From the NCBI RefSeq assembly GCF_035594765.1, contig NC_085841.1, forward strand, positions 160,565,574 through 160,629,573: DNA of 64,000 bases. The letters are read 5' to 3'. The DNA is from Anolis carolinensis (Eukaryota). Numbering within the stretch: position 1 is the stretch's first letter; each line of letters opens with the position of its first letter. Shown here one piece after another: positions 35,351 to 48,807 of the stretch. The notes under the pieces were generated by a model. That model did no database searches, had not been told where the DNA came from, and saw only the letters and a list, made by a program, of their open reading frames with translations. Both the position numbers and the translations under genes were made by a program.

Positions 35351-36408
35351 TAGTTTTGTGCATTTGTATGGAATCGCTATCCATTTTGTTTTGTTTCATT
35401 CATTTTGCCCTGTTTTTGTTTTTGTTTGCCGCTTCCGAAAATGGGGCTTCTATCCGAATGGGAGTTTTGTCCCATGTCCAAAAGAAAAAAGGTTTTCGAA
35501 CCATTGCCAGCAATGGGAAGACTTCCAAGGCTCACCCTCCTCTCAGTTTATGGCTATAGGGGTGAAAATCATCATACATGGAGGGCATATCGACCCTTTT
35601 AGCCCACCAACTTTTAAAAGGTTTTCTAAACAGATATGGTAGAAGCCCAACAATTTCTTTCCTTTGAAAAATATTTGTTAGTTGTTGTTTTTTTTTTTTT
35701 TTTTTTTAAAAACCAATACTACCCAGTGGGAGGAAAAGGGGGTTTTAAACAAAGAATTAAGATAAAAGATTTAAAAATACTACAATACAGCAGATAGAAG
35801 CTACCGAGATCCCCTTCTTTCTCCCACCTCCGAAGCCCCGCGTGCACTTCCCAGCAAAACCCATCCCACCCCCACCTTTTGAAAAATCCCAGCCCCCTTT
35901 CCTTCAAAGAAAGAATAAAATAGAAGCCAAGCAGCCAAGCTTGGGAAAAATTTAATACAAACAAATCCCTTTCCCCTGGCGGCAAGGCAAGGAAGGAAGA
36001 CAAGGCAAGAGGCAAGGCAACAAGGCAGCAAGAAATCAAGCAAGCACACTAGCACAGAGACTGAGTGAGCTGAGCGAGCAGGAGCAAGCCAGGCAGCCAG
36101 CCAGCTTTGGGGGTGGTCATCCCATTAAATACCTTGGCAACGTCACAGTTTCCTTGGCCTCTGATTGGCCAAAAGCACCAAACATCACCACTTCCTCCTC
36201 TGACACATGCGGAAGAACTTCCTGGGCTGTGTGAGAAAAGCCACGCGGCCAGAAAACCAAACGAAAAGACTGAAACCGTACAACTTTCTCTTTTGTTTCA
36301 CCTTTTGTTTCATCTGAAAATAGGCTCTTTGATTCGTGCCATCTGAATGGATGATACAAAACAAATACACGAATGAAACAAATGGAACAAATAGCTTGCA
36401 CACCTCTA
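35351..36408. mobile_element. Old non-autonomous Ac-like hAT element
   Basis: Degenerate TIR TAGTTTTGTGCA / TGCACACCTCTA; 8-bp TSD cagtaaaa/cattaaaa; inverted subterminal TTTG/CAAA repeat arrays. Confidence 0.6.
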
Positions 36409-36440
36409 CATTAAAATATTTGTTTAATGTATTATAGTTA

Positions 36441-37873
36441 AAAATCTTGAAAGATGATGCTGTCAAGGTGATGCATGCCATATGCCAGAAAATATGGAAA
36501 ACACAAGAATGGCCATCAGATTGGGAAAAAATCAATTTACATCCCCATACCAAAAAGAGAAATGCTAAAGAATGTTCAAACCTCCGTACAGTGGCACTTA
36601 TTTTCCATGACAGTAAGGTAATGCTCAAGATCCTGCAAGGCAGACTCCAGTAATACATGGAGCGAGAGTTGCCAGATGTCCAAGCTGGGTTCAGAAAAGG
36701 CAGAGGAACAAGAGACCAAATTGCCAATATCCGCTGGATAATGGAGGAAGCCAGGGAGTTTCAGAAAAACATCTACTTCTGCTTTATTGACTATTCTAAA
36801 GCCTTCAACTGTGTGGATCATAATAAACTATGGCATGTGCTTGGTGGTATGGGGATACCAAGTCACCTTGTCTGTCTCCTGAGAAATCTGTATAAAGACC
36901 AAGTAGCCACAATAAGAACAGACCACGGAACAACAAACTGGTTCAAGATTGGGAAAGGAGTACAGCAGGGCTATATACCATCGCCCTACCTATTCAAATT
37001 GTATGCAGAACACATCATGCGACATGCGGGGCTTGACGAATCCAAGGCTGGAGTTAAAATTTCTGGAAGAAACATTAACAACCTTAGGTATGCAGATGAT
37101 ACCACTCTGATGGCTGAAAGTAAGGAAGAGCTGAGGAGCCTGATCACCAAGGTGAAAGAAGAAAGTGCAAAAGCTGGGTTGCAGTTAAACGTCAAGAAAA
37201 CCAAGATCATGGCAACCAGACCGATTGACAACTGGGAGGGAGAAAACGTGGAGGCAGTGACAGACTTTATATTTCTAGATGCGAAGATCACTGCAGATGC
37301 ATACTGCAGCCAGGAAATCAGAAGATGTCTATTTCTTGGGAGGAGAGCAATGGCCAACCTCGATAAAATACTGAAAAGCAGAGACATCACACTGGCAATG
37401 AAGGTCCGCTTAGTGAAAGCAATGGTACTCCCCATAGTAACCTATGGATGCGAGAGCTGGACCATAAGGAAGGCTGAGCGAAGGAGGATAGACACTTTTG
37501 AACTCTGGTGCTGGAGGAAAATCCTGAGAGTGCCTTGGACCGCAAGAAGATCCAACCAGTCCATCTTCCAGGAAATAATGCTCAACTGCTCACTGGAGGG
37601 AAGGATATTAGAGGCAAAGTTGAAGTATTTTGGCCACATCATGAGAAGACAGGAAAGTTTGGAGAAGATCATGATGCTGGGGAAAAAGGAAGGAAAAAGG
37701 AAGGAAAAAGGAAGAGAGGCCGACCAAGGGCGAGACGGATGGACGGTATCCTTGAAGTGACTGACTCGTCCTTGAAGGAACTGGGGGCGGCAACGGCCGA
37801 CAGGGAGCTCTGGCGTGGACTGGTCCATGAGGTCACGAAGAGTCGAAAATGACTGAACGAGTGAGACGACGAC
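36441..37873 (+). mobile_element. 5'-truncated BovB/RTE LINE (RT pseudogene)
   Basis: RKGRGTRDQIANIRWIMEEAREFQKNIYFCFIDY and YADD; in-frame stop at 36651; frameshift near the 3' end; (GAC)n tail; 12-bp TSD gtattatagtta (36429-36440 / 37874-37885). Confidence 0.95.
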
Positions 37874-40070
37874 GTATTATAGTTATGTTTTTGCTTGCAG
37901 ACTTTCTGATTCTGGTGCTACAACACCTTGGCTCACCTTGAGTATCATGTGTTTTTCCTTGGGAAAGGGTCGTGCTTCCCTAATTTTACAACAAAACTCA
38001 AAATCCACAAGCAGTAATGCCTTTATTAGCCCACTCCAGACTTTGAAGGCTTCACTGACCTTTTCATCAAGCAAAAATGTTATAAACCATACAAAAGAAA
38101 ATGACAATGGTATTAGAGTAATTAGCTCATATTTTGTCTTAGGTGTCAGATAATTCCTCTAATTTTGTTCTTGAAGGGAGCGACAAAGCATTTTAACTAT
38201 TTTTCCCACTGCAAGGATATCTTTGAAAATGTGCAGCTTTTGAAAACAATCCATAGAACAGGGTTTATTTTACTCAAAATTAGCAAATAGGTATTTTGCA
38301 TTGAAAACCAAATAGAAAAAATATTTTTCTGCAAAAAATGCTGCAGATTAGGACCTATTTTTCACAGAATTCACACATACGTTTTTAAAACAGAAAACAG
38401 CATTTTCTGTCTGAGAAACATTTACTATTAGTATATTAGTAATAGTATTTTATGTGTAGAAAATTTGTTTCCTTCCCACAAAATGTGCAGTGGATTTTTT
38501 TTGTTTAAAGTTCTGCTTCATTTATTTGTCCTAAATATATGGCATAGAAACACAGTAAAGTGAACATGTTACATAGGCCCCATGTACACTGTAGATTATC
38601 TGCTTTGATAATCTAGTTTATATGGCAGTGCAGAAGGGGCCTTGGAGGATATTGCAAAAATATGATGTGTATGTTGGTTTGTTTTTTAAAAATAGAAAAA
38701 AATGGATCTAGATCATGCCTTGATAGGGAGAAATTATGAGGAGGAGGTAGTTGTGGGTCATCAAAGGCAGGTTTTATTACTTCTTTAATTGTTCAAGTCC
38801 TTGCTTGTATTGGTCTTAAAACTAATTGCTTGGCATTAAAAATTAAAAGAGAGAAAGCATATACTCAAATGTCAATAATTTCCTTTGTGTCTTCTTTAAA
38901 GGTCTGAAATAATTTCATTAGTGGACAGAGTCACAGTTTTAAATTGGCTCCTTTCATTTTCAGAAGGTCATACATTTATGCTTGATCTAACATGATGTAT
39001 CTTTATTAATTGTCTTCTCACATTTATCCTCCCGCAACATAGACTGTGAATCCTTTCAAAGCCATCAATGTAAAATGCTATTCTTAATTCTTCTTCCAAA
39101 CTTATCTTAAATCAGAAAATTCAGATTTTGTTTGTTGGGATCTAATTAAGCCTTTGCCTAAGTATTTTCCTTGCTAAGATTATTTTCCAGTTTTAAGCAC
39201 AACATAATCAAGTGTGACCAGTTGGAAGAGCTGCTGTTGTGAATTTCTGAATCTGTTAGTAGTTTATCTGAATGAAAATTCAGTTTTCTCATACCATTTC
39301 TCATTAAGGTTTTAGAACTACCTTGAAATGTGTTTCCTTTGACTGATTTTGTTTTCTTGTTTTGTTAACAGTGTCTGTCTGGTGAAGTCATCAGTTCATT
39401 AAATTATGTATATCCTCCCTGGTTTCTTGTGCTATCCATATTTTCTGGCTTCTGCCATGTGCTTTAACTTAGATGGCTTATAAAATAACCAAAATAATCT
39501 TTTATATGGTTATTTTGATTCTTTCAAGTTGTATTAGTTTAAAAAAAAAACAACATTCAGCTCAAGTAGGAACATTTTCTGCCAAAGAGCTTGATGAGTA
39601 GTGTGGCTGACATTTGAACTGCTTAAAATGAACAATTCATTCATATAATATCACATAATGAATTTCAAGTACTCCTTAGGAATTGTTTACTAAGTATTAA
39701 TGGATCTATTTGGGGCTTCCTGTTATTTTTGCCGTTTTCCTCCTTGACCCTTCTGGAAGGCTGGAGTAGTCTCTGGAACTGTATGGGAAGTGGCTATTTA
39801 GGAGGAAGGGAGAGCTGTTGAAAGCTACTTCTCTACAACCCCTTTTCCCAGTGGGGTACCTCTACTAAATCTTCCATTGGAGTTTGGAAAAGTTGCTTTT
39901 CAAGGCTTCATGGCTGATGCCCAGGCTTGAATGGATATTCCGTAAGTTTGCCCCCAATAAAGCAACTTCCCACTTCCTATTTCTGCATAGACAAGGGTTA
40001 TTTTTCTGTTCCAGAGGGAGAAGTTTAAATACACATTGTTTAAAAATGCTTTGTGTGTATGTGTGTGTAT

Positions 40071-40866
40071 GTATCTGCTCCATTATCAAGGCAGAGGCCA
40101 CTAAGGGGTGCTAGAGAGAGATGTGTGAGGATTTGTAAAAAGACACCACGATGGAATGGGTTGATTGGAAAGGCATGTGTTGACAGCTGATTGGTTGAGC
40201 CAGCCAGAAGCCAGAATTCCGATTGGCTACTGGCTCCAGCTTGCTGCTGAGACAAATGGTTTTAACTGCCACTTTCATCTTGGAGAGTGAAGTGAGCGCT
40301 GACTGGAAATAGTCAGGAAGGAAATGGCTGATTATTTATAAAGCAAATGAGGCACATTTAAAGACTGTATAAAAGGACTGTTTATTCCCTCTGTTCTCTG
40401 TGTGAATTCAGAGAGACTGCTGTATATATTGTTGCCCTGTTTGATCTTTTGAACTGAAGTAAAGATACTGTTACTTATTACACAAGCCTGAGTGACACTT
40501 TATTATACTGCAGGGTATATTTTGGTTCAGAAACTGTGGTAAAGCAGGGTTGTTGTGTGTTTTCCGGGTAAAGCTTCTATTTATTTATATCTATAACCTA
40601 TAACAAGAAGGATAGTCCATTTATGGGGTGAGCAGTGTCTTGAAGGAGTAAACCCATTTCCCCCTATTTTCCAGTTATTCCCTCCACTCATGTCCCCATT
40701 GTGGAAACACCCCTCATTTATGATATGGGAAGTAGGGAGGGGAAATAACTTTCAAAGACAGGGGAAAATATTTTTCCTCCTCCAACTCCCTTCTCCTGTA
40801 AATAGACTATCCTTTACTCTCTAGCACCCCCCAGTAGCCTCCACTCAGATAATGGAATAGTAATAC
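40071..40866. mobile_element. Decayed inverted-repeat DNA element interrupted by a solo LTR
   Basis: 40071-40120 joined to 40607-40623 is an imperfect reverse complement of 40799-40866. Confidence 0.55.
40122..40605 (+). mobile_element. Putative solo LTR (Gypsy-like)
   Basis: TGT...ACA termini; it splits one arm of the inverted-repeat element; three GATTGG boxes, TATAAAA at 40368 and an AGTAAA polyA-like signal at ~40458. The TSD is not clean. Confidence 0.6.
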
Positions 40867-41501
40867 TGTATATGTATATGCATATGTATATTCCCATTAA
40901 TAATGATAGCCTTTTTGTCATTTTCCTCTCTGCCACAACTCAATTTTAGCATCTCCCACTACCTAAATGTTTACTTGTAAACACACACACACACACACAA
41001 GGCTGCTTCACCTGAGCTAGATTGTTTTAGCAGAGAACAGGTTTGCCATTGTTGCTTGTTTCACTTGAGAGAAAGGCCAGGGAGCTTATCAGTAATAAGG
41101 CACAGATTTTGCATGGAAAAGGTCCAATGTACTTTCCCAAGCTCTGGTATTTATATACATACATGCTTATAAAAATCCCTGGGCAAAGATGGATTTTCTC
41201 TGAATTTTCATTTGCTGATTTATAAACATGCAGACTGTGTTTTTCTGGTTCCATTTAGATTTATAGCCTCTACTGTCATAGACATTATGACCAACACATT
41301 TGATAAATAAATATGCATCGAAATATAGTGTTTTTATTCTCTCATTAACTGCAATGGTTAATAAACAATGGCAAGAAAATATGTAATGAAGAATATACTT
41401 CAGCTACTTATCTGGTAACAAAATTGTCTCAGTAGTCTTCATTGCTTCACTTTCCAACATCCAAATATTAATTGCACTTGTTTGTTTCTCTTTCAGGATA
41501 G

Positions 41502-41612
<111 letters not shown>

Positions 41613-41859
41613 TAATACCATTCATAAACAAACAAACAGAAAAGGGAAACCTAAAGTCAAATAGCACATGTCTGCCTCCCTACACCTATATAGCACATGA
41701 AGGGTCCTGTTGAAACTCATTTAAGGCTCATGGCTAGCTTTTAGGAAAGTCTTATTCTTTGTTCTCTGCACCACTATTGTTAGGGCTTACAGAGCAAGAA
41801 AGAAAAGAAGTCACGGTGCTGACACTCTAAATGTCACAATTGGCTCAAGTAGGCACTAG

Positions 41860-42134
41860 GGCCCCTTCTTACTGCCATATAATCCAGATTATCAAAACAG
41901 ATAATCCACATTATCTGCTTTGAACTGGATTATCTGAGGCCCCTTCCACACAGCTGTATAAAATCCACATATAGCAGTGTGGACTTGGAGCCCTTCCAGA
42001 CAAACCCTATAACCCAAGATCTGATCCCAGGTTTTCTGTTTTAACCTGGATTATATGAGTCCCTGCCAGATAATCTTGGATAAACAGAAAACGTAGGATT
42101 AGATCCTGGGACATAGGGCCTGTCTGGAAGGCCC
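41860..42134. mobile_element. Composite of nested Harbinger-like palindromic MITEs
   Basis: Three successive GG(C/A)CCCTTC starts (41860, ~41938, ~41988); the last unit is a complete hairpin like 48657-48807. Confidence 0.65.
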
Positions 42135-42680
42135 TATATGATTTGGGTAGACACTCTGAAAATTCATACCTCTCCATATGAACCTACCTGGATTCAGATA
42201 ATCCATTTCAAAGCAGAAACTGCTGCTTTTAGGATGTGGAATTCCCTCTCTAGGGAAGCTTGAGTGACACCCTGTCTACTTTTTTTGTGATAGCAGGCAA
42301 ACACCTTCTTATCCAAAAAGGACTTCAGCTTTTAACTGGTTGTGGTAGAAAAATGTGTAATATGTGTGTTGCTTTTTAACAAGTTATGTTTTTAATTGCT
42401 TTGAATTAATGTTTTAAATTGGATTGACTGATGCATTTTAAATTTCATACCACACATTGCTTTAGATATTTTGTTTTAACTTTTTTTCAGTATCCAATCG
42501 AATTTGTATTGTGCAATTTTTCACACAGTTGCTAGTACAAGTTGCTACACCAATGCTAATGGAGATTTTCCTTCATCTAATGTTAAAGTTGGCTATAATG
42601 AAATGTTAAACTACTCATTTTGGAATGTAGGTTTTGCATTTTTTTTTAACATCAAGCCCTCTGTGTCACATAACAAACTA

Positions 42681-43024
42681 CAGTAGAGTCTTGCTTATCC
42701 AACCTTCGCTTATCCAACATTCTGTATTATCCAGCGCAGTCTGTCTTTTTGTAGACAATGTTTTTGTAGTCAATGTTTTCAATACATTGCGATGTTTTGG
42801 TGCTAAATTCATAAGTACAGTTATTACTACATAACATTACCATGTATTGACGTCCTTTTCCTGTCAATTTGTTGTAAAACATTATGTTTTGGTGCTTAAT
42901 TTGTAAAATCGTAATGTAATTTGATGTTTAATAGACTTTTCCTTAATCCCTCCTTATTATCCAAAATTTTCGCTTATCCAACGTTCTGCTGGCCCATTTA
43001 TGTTGGATAAGCAAGACTCTATTG
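42681..43024 (-). mobile_element. Tc1/mariner-type MITE, family A (inverted orientation)
   Basis: TIRs and TA TSD; the interior is the reverse complement of the + copies. Confidence 0.9.
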
Positions 43025-43585
43025 TACTTTCAAACTGAGGAGAGGTTAGTCAAGCATATTTCAGAAAGGGTTTGCCTATAGGGTATCCTTTATTATATCT
43101 TTTATTCAAGAGCTTTTGATTTGTAAAGAAGAATAATGGAGCATTCCTCTCTAAAACAAAGTTGATACTCTGCTAGAGGAAAACCTATTTTTTAAGCTGC
43201 TTTGGGTGCCCTGCTGGAAAAAAACTGGATTATAAATCAAATAAATAAATAAATAAGTCACATTCATAGGAATGCTAGGGAATATGAAAGTTGGGGCCTT
43301 CTTTGTGAAAGCATTTACTGTTCACTGATGTACACAACATTAGGGGCAGTTCTACACTGGTTGGCAAATCAGGGAAGAAAATGCTCCTGATTAGTTCCAA
43401 AGGCATCCCCCTGAACTTGCTGCAGAAGCAGATTGGGTCTACATGGTCCAAATGGGTCAGGACTTCCTTGGCTTCTTCTTTCACCTCACCATCCAAGTAG
43501 CCATCACTATTCCCACTTCTCCCAAGCTGACATCAGCCCATGCAACCAGAAAGAAGGAGGGACTCAATCTCCCAGCCTCTTCCTG

Positions 43586-43720
43586 GTTTTTTTTCCTGTG
43601 TCAGGAGCGACTTGAGAAACTGCAAGTCACTTCTGGCAACCTTCAGGTCAGCAACCCAAACCTTTAAGGCAGCAGTCCTGCCAGCACAAGGGTTTTACCC
43701 ATTGCGCCACCAGGGGCTCC
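43586..43720 (-). mobile_element. Internally deleted Anolis SINE2-like element
   Basis: The head GGAGCCCCTGGTGGCGCAATGGGTAAAA is joined directly to the 3' end shared with 5280-5337. Confidence 0.75.
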
Positions 43721-46329
43721 TGGTTGACCAAGTACCTCAGTTGATGCCAGTATGGAGCATCTGTGATGGCCAGGAGCTCACACAGAGCTTTACTGCAATC
43801 TACAAGTGGCAATGGCAAAGATGCAGGCATGATGAAGAGAAAATGGGATGACATTAGAGCCACATATAGACAGTGAACAGGTCCTCCTGTCCACGTTGCC
43901 CTGAGGCCAGAGTTTCAGGCAGACTTTCGAGCATCCCTAGTTCATCCTACAATATTTATCAGAACTGGGGAAACACTGTGGAGACTACATGGTTATTCTG
44001 GGTTATAATACCTGTTTAGATGAGCCCCAGATCTACAGAGATATCCTTGCCCTTGACTAATATAAACTGAGAAATTCTCACATTAGCTATGTGTACAAAC
44101 AGATATTGTATTGGCAGCTTCTCTGTGTACACAGTAAATCTAAATAAGCTTCAGAATATAATGTACTGTTTAAAAAAAACCCAGAAGATTAAACACAATT
44201 ATATTAATGTAATTTAGTAGATCTTAATCATGAATTTCACCTACCTGTAAGTATCAACATTTCCTACCATGGCATTATTCGCAGTCAGGATGAATAAAGC
44301 TCAGTATCCTGTTGGCTGAAAAAGAAAACTTGGTTTAAAGACTTCTTGCCATTTATTCCCTCCCAAGTTAAACACTGAGATAATATTTTCTAAATCCCCA
44401 CCTGAATTTGATCCCCAATTTTGAAGTATTGCATGAATAGACTGTAGTCACTAAGCAGGACTGATTATTAGACTTTGGAATATTATTTAACAAGTTGCAC
44501 GTTGGATATTACCTATTAGTTTCATGGATCGTACATTAATTGTTGTGTGTTATATTTTATTCTATGTGTTTTTTAAAACATATATATATACCTACAGATA
44601 AAAAAGACCAAACACCCTGCAATCTTTTAGAACTGTCAAGTGAATGCTACTCATTATTACACTAAAAGATTATTACAATAAAGCTCCCAATGGTTTCCTA
44701 TGTTTCAGAAAAGGACCATGCTCTCATTGCCCCCTCTGGTGGGTGAAAAATGAATATTTCCCCACAGAATTATCCCCTATGTTTGAAAGTCCCAATGTGT
44801 TCTAGTGTGACCCTGAGGAGAACAATACGAGTGGAAAGCTGGGACTCAACCTTTCCCAGTAGACCAACCCCTAAACATTTGGCACAGAGCCATATGGTTT
44901 CAAAATGCATACCAAATGCTGTGTGGTTCCATCTCTTTTGAGTTCCGTCAATCTATTCCTCCTCCCATCTGATCATTATAACACATTACAACACAACTAT
45001 AAATGGCTAATCTAGCAATCATAACATTGGTATGGTTTTGGAGATTCCTGAAATATCTGAGAACTTGTGGGAGTCCAGGGATCTCATGAGAGGCCCCCCA
45101 CTTGTGATACTTGAGACATCCTTATACAAGCCTGCTTCACATGTTCCTAATCAGTCAGATTCTGGCTGGAATTCAGTAGGGTAGGAACCATCATTCTCAG
45201 GAGAATGGTGACCTCATCACGCTTTTACCCTGATTTCAGGACGAAGCCCCATGCCAGCCATCACACAATGTCATGTGACTTCTGGCTGTAGCTCCACCCC
45301 CAACCAGGGTAAAAGCTTTACTAGAGGCTTTGGTCACAACATGAGAGGCTCAGGGCTTTGGCGATTCTTCCCCCATGTGATGGGGAAAGCATTGCCTAGA
45401 GGAAATTGTGCATGGGGCAACAGATTAACCCTGTTGCCCCTCTCCTTTTGCCCCAATGCAGGTTGTAGGAGGAGACTAGATTTGCTTAAAACACAGGTGC
45501 TTTGGGATATGTGAATACCAGTGCAGGCTGCAAAAGTCTTCCCATAAAAAATTACCAGCTGTCAGAAATCACATTTTTTCTTCTGGTGAGATAAATAACA
45601 TAAATATCCTTTGCATCCCTACTCTTGCAACAATTCTCCATTTGCTGCCATTCTGTGTGTTTGTTTTCTTATGATCTCTGCAATAAACCATAGATGGAAT
45701 GGGGTATGAATTTTCTTGTGAGAGGTAAAAAGAAAAGTACAGTTAAATTCCATTTATTACCATCCTTGAAAATTCCCTTTCAGTAGGACAGGGAGGCCGG
45801 AGGTGGGGGAGGTGGGGCAAAGCCAAGCCTGGACATTTTTATTTCAAGGCAAATCAATTAATTCATCTAATATTGACTATAGAAAGTTGGCTGTTCCACT
45901 CCAGTACAATTAACTTATTACAAGACCATCCATTTGTTAAAGTATTTATATCCCACCTTATGCTACAAAACCACATGGATGCATATGTGCAAAATTGGTT
46001 TAAGCAGCTTTAAAAAGGAAGCTGAAAATAATGGCAGCAGACCAGCAGCACATTATACAATTGAACAAGTTGAAAAGGTTAAAATAGTTTAAAGCGATGT
46101 GCACAGACATCAGGAAGCCACCGGATCTCTAGTAAATAGCTATCTTTTCACTTGACATAGAAATGAAGCTCTAATTTGTGACAATTGTATCTCCAAGAGT
46201 AAAGTATATCACAGCATGGGTGCCACAGTTGGAAAGGCTCTGTCTCACATCATAATACAGTGTGTTACTGATGGGACATGGGGGGTGGGATGCACTACTA
46301 AACCTCTGTTCCCAGGAAAGTATGACCGC

Positions 46330-46824
46330 ATTTCTTTCTGTGAATCAGTGTGGGCTCTGAGAGCGACTCTTCTCTCAGTCCCACCACCATCTTAAGTGAG
46401 GTCGGTGGGGACAAGAGAGAAGGCCTTCTCTGTAGTGGCTCTCCGGCTCTGAAATGCCCTCCCAAAAGAGATTAGATTAGCCCACCATTCAATCCTTCTG
46501 TTACTGCCTGAAAACATGAAAGTTCAAACAGGCCATTGACGTCAAGTAGAATTAATGTGCCCATACGAAATTGACACTTGGCACTTTCTGAATCATTGAC
46601 TGCTAGTTTTATTAACTGATGTTTTTAAAATTGTATTATTTTGACTTAAATGTGTTACAGGGGTTGTTGTTATAATTTCATATGACTTGTTTATACTTAT
46701 GCACCATTTCTCACTTGCTGTATGTTATATGTGCACCTTGGAGTGCCTTTGTAAACGGCCCTGAGTCCGTTTGGGGAGATGATAGCGGGATATAAATAAA
46801 GTTTATTATTATATTTATTATTAT
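46330..46824 (+). mobile_element. L2 3' fragment
   Basis: Contains aaggccttctctgtagtggct...tgaaatgccctccc (AFSVVA..L*NALP) and the L2 terminus gccctgagtcc...gggagat..gcgggatataaataaa plus (TTA)n. Confidence 0.7.
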
Positions 46825-47981
46825 ATAGGGAGAAGTGCTTCTCAAACTCCCAATCTGTTTGGGACTTTGAATGTCATTATAAGCATCTTTCATTCCAGCT
46901 GGAAGAGTTTGGCTGCCATATTTGTAAACTTGTAAAAAGCAATATCCCTAAGGAATGTGGGTCAAGATTTACTGGGTTTGAAAAAGATAAAACTCAATGT
47001 ATGTTTTAGTTTTATTTAGTCATGCAATCAACATACTTTTAAGGAGTAGATTACTAGATCCTTTGTTTGCTTAACTGGATTCAATACACAGGCATTGTCT
47101 GGTGCTTTAACAACTTTCCATAAACAGAAACTCTGGCTAATCTACCAATTAGATTAGCTAGAGACTGTTTAACAATATAAATAATCAAAAATAAAAATCC
47201 AAGTTCCCATAAACCCCCTTAATAATATTTTACTTTGTTCTCTAATCTCTTAAAATGAAAAAATGTATTTTTAAACGTTAAGGCCTGCCAAAGCAGTTGG
47301 AGGTCTTATACCCTACATAAATGGCAACAGCAAATAAGCGAAGAGAGAATGTAAATGATTTGCTGAGCGATTGTTGTTTGCAAAACGATTCTTCAGTATA
47401 TTGCTGTCCCTCTCCTTCTTCAAAATACTCTTCTTGAAACAAAAGAGTTCAGCTAGTTGCTGAAATAAGTAGAGGGGAGTCCCTTGAGTTCACTTCTATG
47501 CATCACCCATGCAGGATGTTATGTTCATAGCTTATAACATAATCCTATTTTCCCCTCTGCTTGCACCGTGTTTTTGGGCATCATGGAGAAGGCCTTCCAT
47601 AATCCCTTCATTATCAAGGTTTCCTTTCCTCCTCTGGGTCAAGGATTAAGAATGTGAGAAGAGACATGCTGGAATAGATAGATCAAATGCTTACCTAGTC
47701 AAGCATTCTGTTCCCATACTGTCCAACTAGATGTTTGTGGAGAGTCAAGAAGACCGTAGGACATCAGGACAGTGGCCACTTCGTGCCTTACAAACTCCTT
47801 CCCCACTTATACTCCCTGGCAGCCTCCCCCAGCCCAGTGTCTCCCAACCATATTGCATTGCAACTCTGTTGTATGCCAGTACCAAAGGTAATGGAAAATT
47901 GTCCTAAAGGATTTTTCCCCATGTGAGCAAACTGCATTACTGTGGTTGACATACTCTTTAACTGTGTCGAATAGCTGTTGA

Positions 47982-48119
47982 GGCCCCTTGCACACAGCTG
48001 TATACAAACCATATTGAACTGGATTATATGGAGTATGGACTCAGATAACCCAGTTCAAAACAGATATTGTGGATTATCTGCCTTGATATTCTAGGTTATA
48101 TGGCTGTATCGCAGGGCCC
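47982..48119. mobile_element. Harbinger-like palindromic MITE
   Basis: GGCCCC...GGGCCC termini; TGA 3-bp TSD. Confidence 0.7.
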
Positions 48120-48247
48120 TGAGTCAGAGAGAAATACTTCTGTTAATGTTGATAAGCATACAGGTTTTTTGTTCTGCTTAAAGTGAAGCTTCCTTATCCA
48201 CTTTAATTCTCTTAATACATTTTTGAATTTGGCTTTTCTTTCAACAG

Positions 48248-48328
48248 GAATCTTCTGTCTTTGAACCAAGCTGCCTCTTCAAAGTGGATGAGTTTGGCTT
48301 TTTTCTAACATGGAAAAGTGATGGAAAG
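48248..48328 (+). CDS. PLCB4: PLCB4 coding exon 2 (PH domain)
   Basis: [27 protein letters not shown]; caacag/gtacaa; 81 nt, phase 0. Confidence 0.97.
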
Positions 48329-48656
48329 GTACAATTTATAATGATTTCAGGATGTCAGCATCATGCATATAGTGGGTTTTTAGAATCTGCTGGTTTTGTT
48401 CCCCCATAATCTCCATAGATATTAAAATTTGTGAATTCTTAAGTCCCAATTATATAAAATGGAGTAGTAAAATGGTGCCCCTTATATATAGTGGTCAAAT
48501 CAAGGTTTGCTCTTTGGATGTAGGCGAAAATGATATTTTCAAGTGATGGATACAAAATCCATGGATACAAAATACTGATCCTATTTGTAAGAAGACATAA
48601 TATTATCAGTTTTGAGTCAGTCATTACATAGCAATCACAGTTGAACTTGTGTCTGA

Positions 48657-48807
48657 AGGCCCTTCCAGACAGGCCCTATATGCCAGGATCTGATCCCAGG
48701 TTTTCTGCTTTAAACTGGATTATATGAGTCCGCACTGCCAGATAATCTGGGATAAACAGAAAACCTTGGATCAGATCCTGGCATATAGGGCTTGTCTGGA
48801 AAGGCCC
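48657..48807. mobile_element. Harbinger-like palindromic MITE (near-perfect hairpin)
   Basis: Inverted arms of about 50 bp; TGA 3-bp TSD. Confidence 0.8.

Noticed and set aside
36657-37760. 367-aa ORF as a host or domesticated gene
   Set aside because: It is a 5'-truncated BovB RT with an upstream in-frame stop, a 3' frameshift, a tail and a TSD.
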